A stretch of 58,993 bases of DNA, filler included, from Sphacelaria rigidula (taxonomy: Eukaryota), in NCBI GenBank assembly GCA_964200075.2. It is 7 parts of 7 records of this genome, joined end to end, with 100 filler letters (N's around TTAATTAATTAA, not from the genome) between each part and the next. Parts side by side here need not be neighbours in the genome. Positions count along the whole stretch, not along the records: positions 25,328 to 33,669 come from CAXNAA020011452.1; positions 33,770 to 42,111 come from CAXNAA020011453.1; 5 more parts are not named here. One strand, written 5' to 3'. The position numbers and the translations under genes are program-made. The stretch's first letter is position 1. Each line of letters starts with the position of its first letter. Below the pieces are notes generated by a model that searched no databases, was not told the DNA's origin, and saw nothing but the letters and a program-made list of their open reading frames with translations. Of this stretch, positions 25,328-38,200 are shown in pieces.

Positions 25328-26116
25328 GCCGTGATCCGCATATCGTATTAATCGTCGTCTAATGAAGGGGAAGGTGCCCATCTGCTCAGAGTTTGGGCCC
25401 ATATTTTCTCGTTGATCAAACCCCATGTCTAGTAATTCCTATACCTAAGGGAGATAGTACCAATGCTCAAATCTCTATGAAACTCCCCATCGATGCATTT
25501 ACCGGATGGCGACGAATTTTGGTGTGGAGAACCACAAAAGAGTGCCGAATAAGAAAAACAAATGGGCCTTATATTTTTATTTCATCGAGGTTAGGGCGTT
25601 CTCGTGAAATATGATATTTACCATGGTGGAACGCCCTAAACCAGTGGAAACAAATGAAAAAAAAAAAACTTGACCCACTTTTTTTTGTTAATTATGCCTC
25701 AAACAGCGCCCACACCAAATTTCAATACACGAAAACCAAACTTGGGCAAGTGAGTGGCCTGCGAAATACTGTTCCGAATTTCTACCGACCCGGTTTTTGA
25801 TAGGCCCATTCTCTTTTATTCATTTAGAGTTGGACCCTGAAATTTGGTATGGACAATGCACATGGCATAAAAAAAACTATTACTGCGGTACCAAAATGTT
25901 TTTTTCTTCTCCATGACTTAAGGGCAATAACCGCTTTTCAGGTATCAGTAAAATGCCCCTAACTCATGAAAAATATGTATATACATTGGTACCGCAGTAA
26001 TATTTTTCTTTATGCCCTATGCATTATCCATACCAAATTCAGGGTCCAACTCTAAATGTATTAAAGAGCATGGGCCTGCAAACTTCAAATCCGCCTCTAG
26101 GCTGGCCCAGCTCGTA
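25328..26116 (-). mobile_element. TA-flanked non-autonomous DNA transposon (TACGAGCTGGGCC family) abutting the Ngaro 3' repeat
   Basis: Ends in GGCTGGCCCAGCTCGTA at 26116. Homologous to 6341-6660 and 5820-6150. Internal inverted repeat ~25802-25870 vs ~26010-26077. Confidence 0.75.
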
Positions 26117-26620
26117 GCGTGTCGCTGTCTGGTCAACTGGTCTCGAGTGATTACGTCTTCTTCTTTGGTGCTCTTGCACCACACCAGTCTCGCCCGCTTG
26201 AACCAACTCTGCGGCGTTTGCGCCTTGATCACGCGATCCCTTACATCTTATTTCAACTTCGGCATACGCCAGAGTACATCCCTTATAATTCGTCATCCGC
26301 CAACACAAACCTCGTATATATACTGAATACACCCATCTGCTTTTGGCTCAAGAACTATGGATTATTTGGGATGTAGAAAATACGGAAAACTAACACGAAC
26401 AAAACTGCGAGACAAAGAAAAGCACGTTCTCGCAGTTGGGAAACTATCGGGCTAACCCGACACTACCGTACTTAATATTGGCCCGCCCTTGCGGTAGGTC
26501 ACTTTTACTCCATTAAGCAGCCCGATCTGTTCCCTCTTTCCTTCTCTTAATTTTCTTCACTTCAATTTCAATTTTTTTCTTCTCTTCTTTGTTTGTACTT
26601 TACTCCTCAGCGAGTGCCTG

Positions 26621-27700
26621 CTATACGAATTTCGCTCCTTCGCCCCCCGCTCTTACGTACGTCATGAAGGCCAGCGATTTCCACCTCCCCGCCCTCTGAA
26701 TCTGCAGTTGCGACACGCCCTGCGCCGCTAGATGTGTTACTCCCCCGATCCTACCGGAGTGCAGTGCGTACTTCGTCGGGTCCCTCCCTGTGCTGGAAAT
26801 TAGTTGCCTAAGCGCGCTCGTCGCGGGTGCCCGAGTGACTGTTACCCATCCGGTCTCACCTACGGTCTGCATCAGTGGAGCTTCTGCCCCCAACTCTGGG
26901 TGGTAGCCAAGCAGCTCGAGTAGAAGCTCTAGCGCCCCTGTGTTTTCAGATCTTTCGGCGCCCCGCGCGCTTCTCCCTACTTTAGTTCGAGATACCACCG
27001 CCCGTAGGCGTTTCTGGTCCGCCTTGGAGGCTCCGAAACGCACCTCGACCCTATCGGCCATGCCCCTGTCTGACCACATCAAATGGGAGTTTCCTCTGAA
27101 AAAGGTGAGGTCTCCCCTCCGGAGGCAAAAATCTGGATGTACCGAACCATCGTTGTATGCCCAGATTTCGGAGGCCCTGCACAGAAGACAATATTATAGG
27201 GCTAGGCCTATCCATGTGACTCGGCTCTGTGTCGTACCCATCTCTAGCATTCTCCCTTCTACCAACAGCGGTAGCGTCAGCGGTTTTCGCACGCGGGGCC
27301 TTGCTTCGGATTTTCCGTGTTCTCGATCCACTCTCTTGAGCACGGCTGCTATCATTCAGTGTTTCATAGGTAACTTCCAACCGGTATGCATCTTGTGGTA
27401 AAAACGTATCGCTGACAAATCCCCCCGCACTGTACCCCTCTGGTTTTTGTGCGTAAAAAGCCGCCACGCAATAAATTCAGTGATATCGATGACCGCGCTA
27501 GCCTCGCCGTCGGTCCTTGACATATATACGGGCTTCTCTCGGCGGGCCCTCCACTCCGACCACGTTTCGAACTTCTTCTCGTACCCGCTTCTTGTGCTGG
27601 CGTTAATTGACGCGTGGGCTGTTAGTTCTACTGGCTTCGCAACGCCCTTCTCGTCTCTGGCGGGGCCTACCTTTTGTTCTGCAATAGTATCACGAGATCA
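26621..27700 (-). pseudogene. Tyrosine recombinase of the retrotransposon (frameshift and premature stops)
   Basis: LCRASEIWAY (catalytic Arg) preceded by an in-frame TAA, then SKADQ, HSGRIGG (HxxR) and GRWKS..FMTY. N-terminal TRSGYEKKFETWSEW segment. Confidence 0.9.
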
Positions 27701-27828
27701 GCGCGGGTTCAGTCTACTTGTCGGGACACTACGTTCCAGATCTGTTCATCTAGGCTGTGGTCCAGGGGTCTTTCTTGCAGAATCACTTCGAGTATCTCTC
27801 TGCCTCGGTTTCCCAGCTCTAGCCGTTT

Positions 27829-28440
27829 TCAATTGAGATTTCCTGTCAACTGTGCTACCCTCTCGGCCACCTCCGACTCCGGCCATCTCGAGATGCCGTC
27901 TCCTAGCACGTTTTCTACGCTAGGTATGTGTTTCGCTATAGTGCACCACCCGGTGGCGACTTCCATGCGACCCATCATTCGCATCAGGAGGGCGGCGCGT
28001 CTTTCTTTTGATCCCCCGCATTTATTTACCCAGTGTACAGCCGACGAGTTGTCGCCGCGCATCAGGATTGGGTCCCCTCTCTCTGTGGGCCTTTCGCCCT
28101 GAAACATTTGGATAGCGCAGGCGGTCATGAACATTTCACACAGTTCTAGCAGATTGATGATCGCACAGATTTCTCTATTTTTTGCTTTTCTCTTCAGTTT
28201 ACATGTGAGCTCATGAGGTAGAGAGTACCGCCAGAATAGCCCGAGCTCTGGGCATTACCCGCCTACCGCTGCCAGGCTCGCGTCGGAGATGTATCTGCGA
28301 GATGCGGTGCGTTCTGCGTGGGCAAAGAATGGAGCGCTAAGCGATTCACCGCCATGCACCAGGTTCTCCGCGATAGCCCATTTCCAGAAGGCGATATTCT
28401 CGTAAAACTCCCAGCCGAGGTTCGCTGTTCGTCTCACCTT
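27829..28440 (-). pseudogene. DIRS-type RNase H domain (disrupted)
   Basis: ISDAS..AVGG, IINLLEL, MRGDNSSAV and HIPSVENVLGDGISR motifs, split across stops or frames. Confidence 0.85.
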
Positions 28441-29760
28441 ACGTTTCTTTTTCGCGGCTACGTGTAGTTTGGTGAGACGTAGTAGTTGCCATACGAAGTA
28501 TTTTCCGGGTCTTACAATAAACGTGAGGTTTCAGAGTTTTCCAGCTATGCTGAGTGCGTCTTGCGCGGTCGCGCGTGCCTTGTCGGCGGGCCGGTCGCGC
28601 TCCAGCGATTCTTTGATAGCTTCGACCTTTTCTCGAGTGACCGCTATCCGCATGGTGTGTGTGTCGATCGTGAATCTCAACGCATCCTCACTGGTGTCCC
28701 AGTCTGTACTCTTTTTAGGTGCGAGGATGGGTATCTCGCCCGGCTCTCCGGGACCGAACAGTCTGATGTGGTCTGAGGCTAGCGAAGCTGACGTGGCTAG
28801 CGACGATTTATCCTGCACGCCGTGCTGTACCCTTGCTAGGATATAGTCGTCCACATACACGCTGACGAAAAAGGGGTCGTGGAGTCCCCCCCCGTTTGCC
28901 GGGGGAATAGCGGTGTCGGGCGGGACCTTTGTAGGCGTCCCTTCTTCCCAGGGCTCGACCATGGTCACGTGTTTCATCATCTCTCTACCTTCGTTGAGTA
29001 TTACGGCGTCGAGTATTGTGGTATTGCAGTGTGCATGTTCAGCAGCCTGTGATAAGAGTCCCCACTAGCCGGGGAACCCCTTTCATCCAAACGTGAGCCG
29101 AAAGTCTGCTACTATGACATCGTCTACCACGTAACAGCAGTTTTGCGCCTGGTTGGGCGCGATCCTGACATTTCTGAATGCATTCGAGACGTCCGCCTTT
29201 GACAGTAGGATTCTGCTATCCGGAAACTTGAGACGTAGCCTCAGGAGTGCATTCAGTAGTTTTAGGAGTGCCTCTCCGCAGAGGCATTGCGGCACCTCGT
29301 CCACAATCGTGTCCCGGTTGAGGCCGCCTTTTCCTCCCTTCGGTACGCTGGGGTCAAACGAAAAAACGTTGATGATCCTGACTTTGCCAGTTACCATTGC
29401 CCCAAGGGGACCTCTCTCCAAGGGGGGCCACTCTGAGGCCGCTGATTTCGAGCGCCGCCCCTTTTTCAAACACCAGGCATATGTTCCTTCCTACATCCTC
29501 AACAAACTTCTCCCAGACCTGAGGCATGTGTTCTTCAATACTGCGGTGATTACCGTATTTCAGGGCTCCTCGAAGATCGGGAACGCTACACGATGTTTTC
29601 ATTGGGACTCTGTACTCAATCATGTGTAGTAGTTCTCGTATCCGGGGAAAGTGTATTTGGTTTCCGAAATACTCGTGTACGTCTCTCAGGTTCATCGGCG
29701 GTGACACCAAAGTGCCGCCGAGCCCCTTTGCTACGTCCCCGATTCTTCCGTGGTTGAGTC
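28441..29760 (-). pseudogene. DIRS-type reverse transcriptase (frameshift and stops)
   Basis: YGNH, KVRIIN, KADVSNAFRNV, RLTFG*KG.PG*WG and YVDD motifs. Confidence 0.9.
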
Positions 29761-30109
29761 GGACGAGACTCGTGCAGGTGGCGGCTAGGTCTGTGATGAT
29801 GCGCTTCATTTCTGTTAGGTCTATGTGTGTATTCGATAGTTCTTGCTGTTGCTGTTTCCACCGGGTATTGAGGTTTTTGCTTGGGTGGTCTGTGTGTCCG
29901 GTCGGGCTTCGGTGGCGTGTGGTCCCAACTGGAGGTGACTTTTTCACCGACCCGAAATTTCGCCCACCAATGATCTCCTTACTATCGGTGTTGTTCTTTT
30001 TCTCTGCGGGCTTCTCACTCGTCAATGTGTGCGAGACGTTGTCTGGGGCTACCTGTGTGTAACTATCGGTCAACGGTTTTGTTTCAGTGCACCGGGTGCT
30101 GTTTTGAAC

Positions 30110-30740
30110 TCGTGCACGCTTTGCGCTCGTCAACATGGACGTGCCGTTATCCAGGGTTCCCTCAGAACTGCCAGACAACGGGTCTTCTTCTGCACCCCTT
30201 AAGTCACTAGTTATCGAGTTTGCACGCTTTGCGCTCGTCAACATGGACGTGCCGTTGTTCAGGGTTCCTTCGGAACTACCAAACGCCCGGGCTTCTTCTG
30301 CACTGGGTGTGATTCGAATTTCACGGGGAGCATGAGTTCTGTTATGGTCTGATCTACCGACGTTCAGGGTTACCTGTGCGTAACTGCCGACCGCCGGGTC
30401 TTCATCTGAGCGATGATGGTTGGTTCGACCTCTTGCATGCTTTGCGCTCGTCAACACGGACGTGCCGTTATCCAGAGTTCCCTCGGAACTGCAAGACAAC
30501 AGGCCTTCTTCTGCACCTCTATGTTCTTTTGCTCCCCTTAAGTCACTAGTTATCGAGTTTGCACGCTTTGCGCTCGTCAACATGGACGTGCCGTTGCTCA
30601 GGGTTCCTTCGGAACTGCCAAACGCCGGGTCTTCTTCTGCACCGGGTGTGATTCGAATTTCACGGGGAGCATGAGTTCTGTTATGGTCTGATCTACCGAC
30701 GTTCAGGGTTACCTGTGCGTAACTGCCGACCGCCGGGTCT
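30110..30740 (-). repeat. In-frame internal tandem duplications (108-bp and 339-bp periods) in the ORF upstream of RT
   Basis: GCACGCTTTGCGCTCGTCAACATGGACGTGCCGTT-like units at ~30114, 30222, 30437 and 30561. Block ~30195-30401 is repeated at ~30534-30740. ORF 29354-31225 stays open. Confidence 0.85.
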
Positions 30741-31214
30741 GCTTCTAAACGTCTCCTGTCTGTGGGGATGCGCGAAGTTGTGTTGGTGTGGTTTCTGTAT
30801 GTACTACTGTTGTTTTCGTTAGTCATGGACGGGCGGATTACCTGATCTTGTTGCTGACTTACCTGTGCCCGTTCGTGCGTTCCGTTGTACCACAATGTCG
30901 ACCGGTTACAGTGGTCGTGCGGGCCGTTGTTCGCGTGTTTGTTGATTTTCGTGTCATTGCGCGGGGCGGTGGTTTCATCAAATATTTCATGCGTGTGAGC
31001 TCCACCGTCCAATCTAGTGTACCCTGCCGGCATTTGCTTGTTACAGTACGTCTTGGTGGGGTTGGTCATCGACGTTTTTGTCGGTCGTGGGTACTGCGGA
31101 ATGGGACTACGCGGTCTACCGCTGTGACGTGCTTTTGGGTAGTTAAATGCGTTGGTACTTCTGCTCTCACCGTGAAAGAAGCTTGCCACCACCGATCCCG
31201 GTTGGGGGGCCTGG

Positions 31215-32314
31215 GTGGTATCCACCGACCTCGCTGAGTCCGTGACTGATGCTCCTCCTCCCCCCAGACTGGTAGGCCCCGCCGGCTGGCGGAGCCCGCA
31301 CCCTCAGGTGCCCCGCCCAGCTCCGCCATTTCCGCCGAAGCTGTGGGAAAAGCGCGCCACTGTACTCGCCGCGGCCGCCGGTGCCGCTGGTGCTGGTAGT
31401 TTTGCCGTCGCCGCCGTCGGGGCTGTTGGATTATCTGGAACGCCGCTGGCGGCTGGAGGGGAGGGCCTCCGACGGCTTCATGCTTGCTGGTGTGGTCCGG
31501 GAGGCGGCAGCCGCGCCCCCGTGAGCATGTGAGGCACTGCCAAGCTCGTAAGCAGACGCCCGCCGGCGGGGCCCATGACGCCAGCTCCGTGTTGAAATCG
31601 GTGTTCGGTGGCGTGAGGTATTGCCACTAGGGCGGGCACGGCGGGGGTTGGGGAACGATGCGTTTGACCGCGTTGCTCGTGCCCCCGTCGGGGAGTGCCT
31701 TTCGCTTGACGGCTGTCTTGGGGGCGTGCTGCGCGGGTGAGCCTGCTACCGCTAGCCCGGGGTTTTGGCGACCGATGAGGCTGCTGGGATGGCCGTCGGC
31801 GGTGAGCGTCTTCACGCGAGTGAACGATTGTACCGGCGCCGCGGGGCCCTGCCCGTTGGCGGGTGGGGCGGCGGGAGACTCCATGCGCAGGTTCAGTCCC
31901 GCGTCTCTGCGTTCTGTGAGCCACCCGTTGATGTCGTGGTTAAAATCAGTGATTATACGGGTTTTGACGGCCGCCTCGTCTCTGTGTAGAGCGGCGCAAT
32001 TTTTCCCGGTATACGCGTCCAGCGCCGACACTATCCTCGTCAGCTCTCCTGTGATGAAGGCTCTCCTATCCCGCCCGCCGTCGTTGTCGGTGGGCCGAAG
32101 TTGATGATAATGGCCAGCGCCTTGGTGAAGGTGGCGACGTGCACCTCAGCGCGAAAGTAGCTTTTTTTATGCTAGGCGGCACCGGGGAGTGGAAGTTGGT
32201 GACGTCTACGTCGGTCAACGTCTGGAGATTGCTCAGCATGCCCCGGTTGGTTTCGGCCACGTCGCGGAGTTTTAGTTTCAAGTTTGCATCAGACATGGGA
32301 ATGGAATCGATCAA
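31215..32314 (-). pseudogene. gag-like ORF1 of the Ngaro element (disrupted)
   Basis: Lies immediately inside the 5' repeat. GC-rich, Pro/Ala-rich ORF pieces at 32066-32314 and 31627-32031. No diagnostic motif. Confidence 0.5.
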
Positions 32315-33822
32315 GTGCCAGGGACTACTGTACTACTGAGACTGCTGGCGTGTCGCTGTCTGGTCAACTGGTTTCGAGTGATTATGTCTGCTTCTTTGGT
32401 GCTCTTTCACCACACCAGTCTCGCCCGCTTGAACCAACTCTGCGGCGTTTGCGCCTTGGACACGCGATCCCTTATATCTTATTTCAACTTCGGCATACGC
32501 CAGAGTACATCCCTTATAATTCGTCATCCGCCAACACAAACCTCGTATATATACTGAATACACCCAGTGCAATGATCATTACTGTTATTTTCGCACATGA
32601 GCCTGGTGCACGGAACAACACCTCTCGCCACGTCTATTCGACACCAATTGTCACCTCCTTCGTGACAGTCCCGGAAAAATTTCGCCGCTTTTCAGCAAGA
32701 GCGAGCACACACGCTCAGTCAATGACACGCACGCACCCTCAAGCGCACACTCACGCACACAAGGACACTGCGCAGCATTCCTGTTGCCCCTGGACGTGCC
32801 AAGTTGCTGCAGTACACCAGCTTTGAGGAGAAGACCTCACTTGGTACTTGCAGTAGTCTGGCCACATGTGCACGCATTCGAGTACCGTAGCAGTTGCGCA
32901 ACACACCTCCCGCTGCTGCAATTGCTATGCGGGTGACGTAGCGCCGAGGGTAGAGTGACACACTCCGACACAGCTCGAGTGTCAATGTCAAGGCTGCATC
33001 ATCACACTACAGCGAAATCGTGGGATTGTACCCGAGAGAGGTTGGGCATGGGTAGCAGCGATGGTGTGTACTTGAGTGACTTCCATGCTGTACTGGCCGG
33101 AAATCATACTGTTCTGGCGGGAAGCGACGGCGATAACGGAAACTCCGTCCTCCGTGATGGAGGCGAGCTTGTTGCCGAGGGAGTCGACGGGATGCCGTCG
33201 GTCCGTCCTTTCTCGGTCGACACTCAACACGCGGGCGACAGCGCTAATCCCCCGGTAATATGCTCTGTACAATACGACCCTTCGTCTTCTACCAGGCCAT
33301 CCTATTGGTCGGAAATGGATTTGGTTGTTCTGAACCGACACTGGTCGTTCGGGGCACTCCAAGCGGCACTACTGCAACGCAGGATGGGGCAAAACACCAA
33401 ACCAGACATATCGCTTCTTACATGGGGAGGGGGGGGAGGGGGCATGGGGGGAGTAAGGTCGATCAGACGGTTCATCGGCGGAGGTGGTGGCAGAGGCGGT
33501 CGCGATAGGAACGACGGTGGAGGGGAAGGCGGTGGCGTAGAGTCGTTGTTATGCGCAAGGTGCAAGGTGGTGAACTAGGCATCACTCCATCCTACGAAGC
33601 GCCGGGTGTTCAACCTTCCCAGAGTACCCGAAAAGGTCATGATCGTGGGGGTATAGCGGGGGAGGGGGGNNNNNNNNNNNNNNNNNNNNNNNNNNNNNNN
33701 NNNNNNNNNNNNNTTAATTAATTAANNNNNNNNNNNNNNNNNNNNNNNNNNNNNNNNNNNNNNNNNNNNCTCTGAGAGCGTGCCCTCCCCCCACCTCGTA
33801 GTCTTTCGTCCAGCCATACCCT

Positions 33823-33853
<31 letters not shown>

Positions 33854-35210
33854 TGTCCCTTTTTCGTCCGTCGATGCCAACCTCTACACATGTTCTCGGG
33901 GGGCGTTGACGACGTACAGCGATAAACTGAAAACGTCAGCTCCTACATTCAGCTCAGTGCTGAGCAGTAGGCCATAGTGAATGCAGCGGATGATATTCCT
34001 CGACGATGAATCCTCTGAAGCGCACGAAATTTCCTGTTCTTCGGGTCTAACGAGCGGCCTGGCACAGTTGATTGGCAGCTTCTACCACGACACGACTGTT
34101 GTACTAGTATGGTACTCGTGATATTACCATGGTAGTACCATGACAGCACCATGACAGTCCCATTGGACCTTTCATGGAGTTTCTGCCCGGGTACCGTGGT
34201 GCCCGGTATCATGGGATATCCACGGGAGGTCCATTGTGAACCCGATTGACCGGAAAACCTAGTTGGCACCCTTATGCGCTGAAGTGGGTACGAAGATTTT
34301 GAAAACATTATCATCGCGGTTGATTGCCGATATCACGTAAAACCATCACCGTCGTGCGTGCGCGCGTGCGTATATGCCTGTGTGTGGTCACATGCATGGG
34401 GGTAGCATCTGCCTGTGAGCCACCAAAAGGTAACCGAACCCGAGCCCTACTATATTGCTTACATCACTGTAACTTTACATCACCGACCACGGTCATCCAG
34501 GGTCGGTTGATATAGTGTAAACCTGGGCTGCATGTGCGTTGGTAGGGGGTTATCTTGGCTGTTCGCGTCAGGACGTACATATGGACTATCTATCAACATC
34601 GTGGCACAGTACATTCAAGTTACTGCCATGATAACGCCGTGGTGCCTTAACTAGAGCAGTATGGCACTACCGCGGTGCCCCCGTGGTGTACTCTTACGTA
34701 CCATACGAGAATTCGAATGCCATGGTGGGACATACCATTGCGAATAAGGCCCATTGTTATCGACACTGTTTTTTCGGAGATCTCCGAAATTGTCGAGACA
34801 GGCAAGGTACCTGATGATTCTCGAGTGCTTGCGAGCGCCACGGCGTATTCACTGGGCAGCTCTCCAAAGTACTACCTTGCATTCCGAATTCCCCGGACTT
34901 CTCCAAAAATGAAACTTCGGAGGAAAAATCAAGCCGCTTCATTATTGGAAATGTCAAAGGTCTGAATGCGGAGTCCGAAAACTCTGAAAATTCCCGAGAT
35001 CTCTGAAAGAGACAGTGCCAATACGTTGTCACCCACACAAGAGCGGTACAGTAATTGAAACGGTTGCATGTTGCATCTCCAACGATTTCAGTGAACCGTC
35101 ATAAATTGTACCGCTATTTGTAAAACCGACGTTGACTACGAACATCCTGACAGAATCGTCAGACGTCGCAATATTCCCATCGTCTTTCACCTCTCCTCCT
35201 TTTACTAAAG

Positions 35211-38200
35211 GTCCGAGAGGAGTTGCGGAACTGTTGCGACGGCATCCGAGACGGCAGGGGCTACAAAGGAGGGGACTCCGTGCGTTGCAGGACATGGCAT
35301 ACAAAGGTAAACGATCCGCGCCCAGAGGACCTGAAAATTAGCCACAAGCAGACTCCCACCAAGTCCTCGTTGACACAGACAAAGCGATCGCGGGGTCGAC
35401 AGTTCCAGAGTTGGCAGGACCTGAAAACTCGAGGAAACACGATACACATTCCGATATTGAGCCAAGCCAATGGCCGGAATCGCGGTCAACCGGTACAGTC
35501 TGACCGCGACGCAAAGCTCCACGGCGTCTTCTCAGGACTGCCTTGAGTGTGTACGCTTCGCATGGTTGAATGACGAGAGAGACGATGTAAAGCAACCGAC
35601 CCTTGATAATCTTTCATCCGGCAGGGGACACAGGGCGTGCAGGCGTGGCGGCAGCCGGAGGAATAGCTGCTACGGTGCGTGCGATGGAGCGATTCCCCAG
35701 GGATGCCAGAATACAGGTGATCCCGCGACCGCCCCATAATACTCTAATAATTCGAGAATAAGGATCTGCATGCTCAAGTTAACTACAAGCGGGACTAATA
35801 TCTGCGGTCACAATGGTCCTGCGTTGTGACCGCTGTACCAGCTTGGCCGTTTGGCCCAAGATACAGTAGGTGCAGAGGCCCCTTTTGGGACAAGTCCGTG
35901 GTATCAAGGCATCGACCCTTCTATTCCCTGGTACACGCCCTATATGTTGGTGTCGCGGATTGGATCAGCACCCCGGCACCGCGTCGACACTCGTCTCACA
36001 AACTCGGCCAAACATACTCTTTATCTTACTCACATCATGACACTTTCAAGGACGGAAATCAGATACATCTGAGAAAAAAGACAAAGTGAACGTATCCGGC
36101 GGGAGTCGACCTGCGTTTTGCCCTCCCGAATAGTGCCCGTTGTATCATTAGATCAACGGGACGCGGCGGCTGATGTGCAGTTATGGACTTGCAAGGTTGA
36201 CGGGCGACCGAACGCCGGTTACTCCTGTTCTCGTGCAAAACTCGGTTGCAGGGCAGAATAATGAATAGTGCAATGATTCCCGATGTTTGCCACCGGTAGC
36301 GATACATATACTCGTACCTAGCTCGCTTTGAGGTTCTACGTCATCAGCTAGCTGGACAGGGCTCCATCATGCATGCAAGCGGGTAGTGCTTTCCATGCAC
36401 GCTCGAGTACAAGTGCATCTCGGCAGCCACGAGTACAGCTCTTCTATGGGTGACCGTTGTTCGGAAACGATGATCTTGTCTTCATCCGTGCAATGTTTTT
36501 GGTATGGTGACGGCAGATTGGTGGGATGAAGACTCTTGCACACCTGGCATTCGGCAACGACGTGAATCGGATCGAGGCAAGTATGGACACGTTCAGTTGC
36601 GAAACCCCATCACTACTCATGACGGATCCAAGTGCAGTTGGCACCCACTCCTCGTTCTCTCGAGACCCGCGACGCCGTTAGTTCTGCCTGCGCAATCACG
36701 TGTCCTCACAGAACAACTGTACCTGAAGATGATTTCGTCGTGCAATCTTGGTGGGAATCATCACTTACTATTTGATGCTCTTCACGTGTTCCGCGTACGA
36801 ACATCGATCGCTTTCATGTCACCGGTATCGCCGCTGTAAGGAGCAGTGCACCCTCCATGGGCAGTCACGAGTACTATTTCGTTATATTTGGGGTAGGGTA
36901 CTTACCCAAAACGAGAAGGTAAATGCTATGGAGTATCGCCTTGATCCCTCCCCCCCCCCCCTCCCCCCCATCAAACCAGCCCCAAAACGGTCATGAAGAA
37001 AGTAGCGCCTCACATGGACGGTATTGGCGAAAACGATCCCAAGCGTGGGAGGTCTTAGCTGGTCGATGTGCTCGGCTTTTGTAACTTTGTTTTACATGTA
37101 GATTTTGTCTTCTTAAAACCCTCTTCTTTAGATGGGGGGCTATCACGGCCTCAGTCTACGAAAGTCGGCATTCTGCTGTGCACTGTGTAATGTTGCGCTC
37201 CCCTAAATCCAGGTTGGCTCGGCTGGAGGAGTCAAAGCGATCCTCCGCGGAATGTCAGCTTTCCCATCGGACACAGATATCCAGGGCGAGGCTTGCACCG
37301 TGTTGACAAACTTATCGCACAATTGCGACCGCAACAGGCGACACGTCGTCGAAAGTGGTGGTTTAGTGCTCATTCTCGACGCAATGCAGGTGCAAAAACA
37401 TGGGTGTCGTGAAAGATTTAGAACACGGCGATGCCCGTGGAAACGGCGTGCCCCTACATCGAGTTGGTGCCGCATATCAGACTAAATCCAATATATGGAT
37501 AGTGATCGTGAGACTTGAGCTGTGTGGCAAGAGTTGATGTTCCGCAGCATCGGGTCTGAGACTGAGACTTGGTCACCCACTCCAACTCCAGAAAAATTAA
37601 TGCGGTACAGATCAGGGAGGAAGTGATGGGGTGTTAGGGCATGGCTGCGTCTTCGTCCCGGCGCCTCGGGAGGAGCGAAGTCGGTTGGCACTACCCACAC
37701 ATGAGAAGCTGATGAATGCGACATAATGCCCTAATTTTATAATTAGTCCGATCTCGCGAACCCGTGGTCACAGACGTAGGCTCGCCTTTCCAATACTATC
37801 CCTGCTATTCCTTACAAGACATATGCCCTGAAACAAAATATTTTCGACAACTTCCATCTTGAGATCTCAGTGAAACACGAATAAACGCCTTTACAAAAGG
37901 TCCTAACTGTGACATTACCAGTAAAACAGTGAAGCACGTGATCCTCACTCCAACCGTTTGCAAGGCTGAGCAACTACTGCAGTGCCCGGACTTCCGACAT
38001 ATTGTGAATGTAACAGCAAAAAAAATCTGAGCCCGTACCCTATCTCCCACTCTTTTCAAACGTTAGGCATTCCCAGCAGACGCCAAGCTCCAGCGCCAAG
38101 CGTGCTGGGCTCTACTCACGCTGGCTGCGAACGACGACATATCGAAGTTAATCGCTAGCGAGGGAGGCGTCGGCGCGATCATCGCGGCAATGTTGAACAA

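Larger units (their letters stand above)
26117..32566 (-). mobile_element. Ngaro/DIRS-order tyrosine-recombinase retrotransposon, near full length, inactivated
   Basis: 219-bp direct repeats at 26117-26335 and 32348-32566 (about 7 mismatches). Minus-strand order is gag-like, RT, RNase H, tyrosine recombinase. No protease, DDE integrase or methyltransferase seen. Confidence 0.9.

Noticed and set aside
32955-33578. 207-aa ORF next to the Ngaro element
   Set aside because: No recognisable motif, a low-complexity Gly/Pro-rich end and an ambiguous strand. It may contain an exon but I cannot support one.
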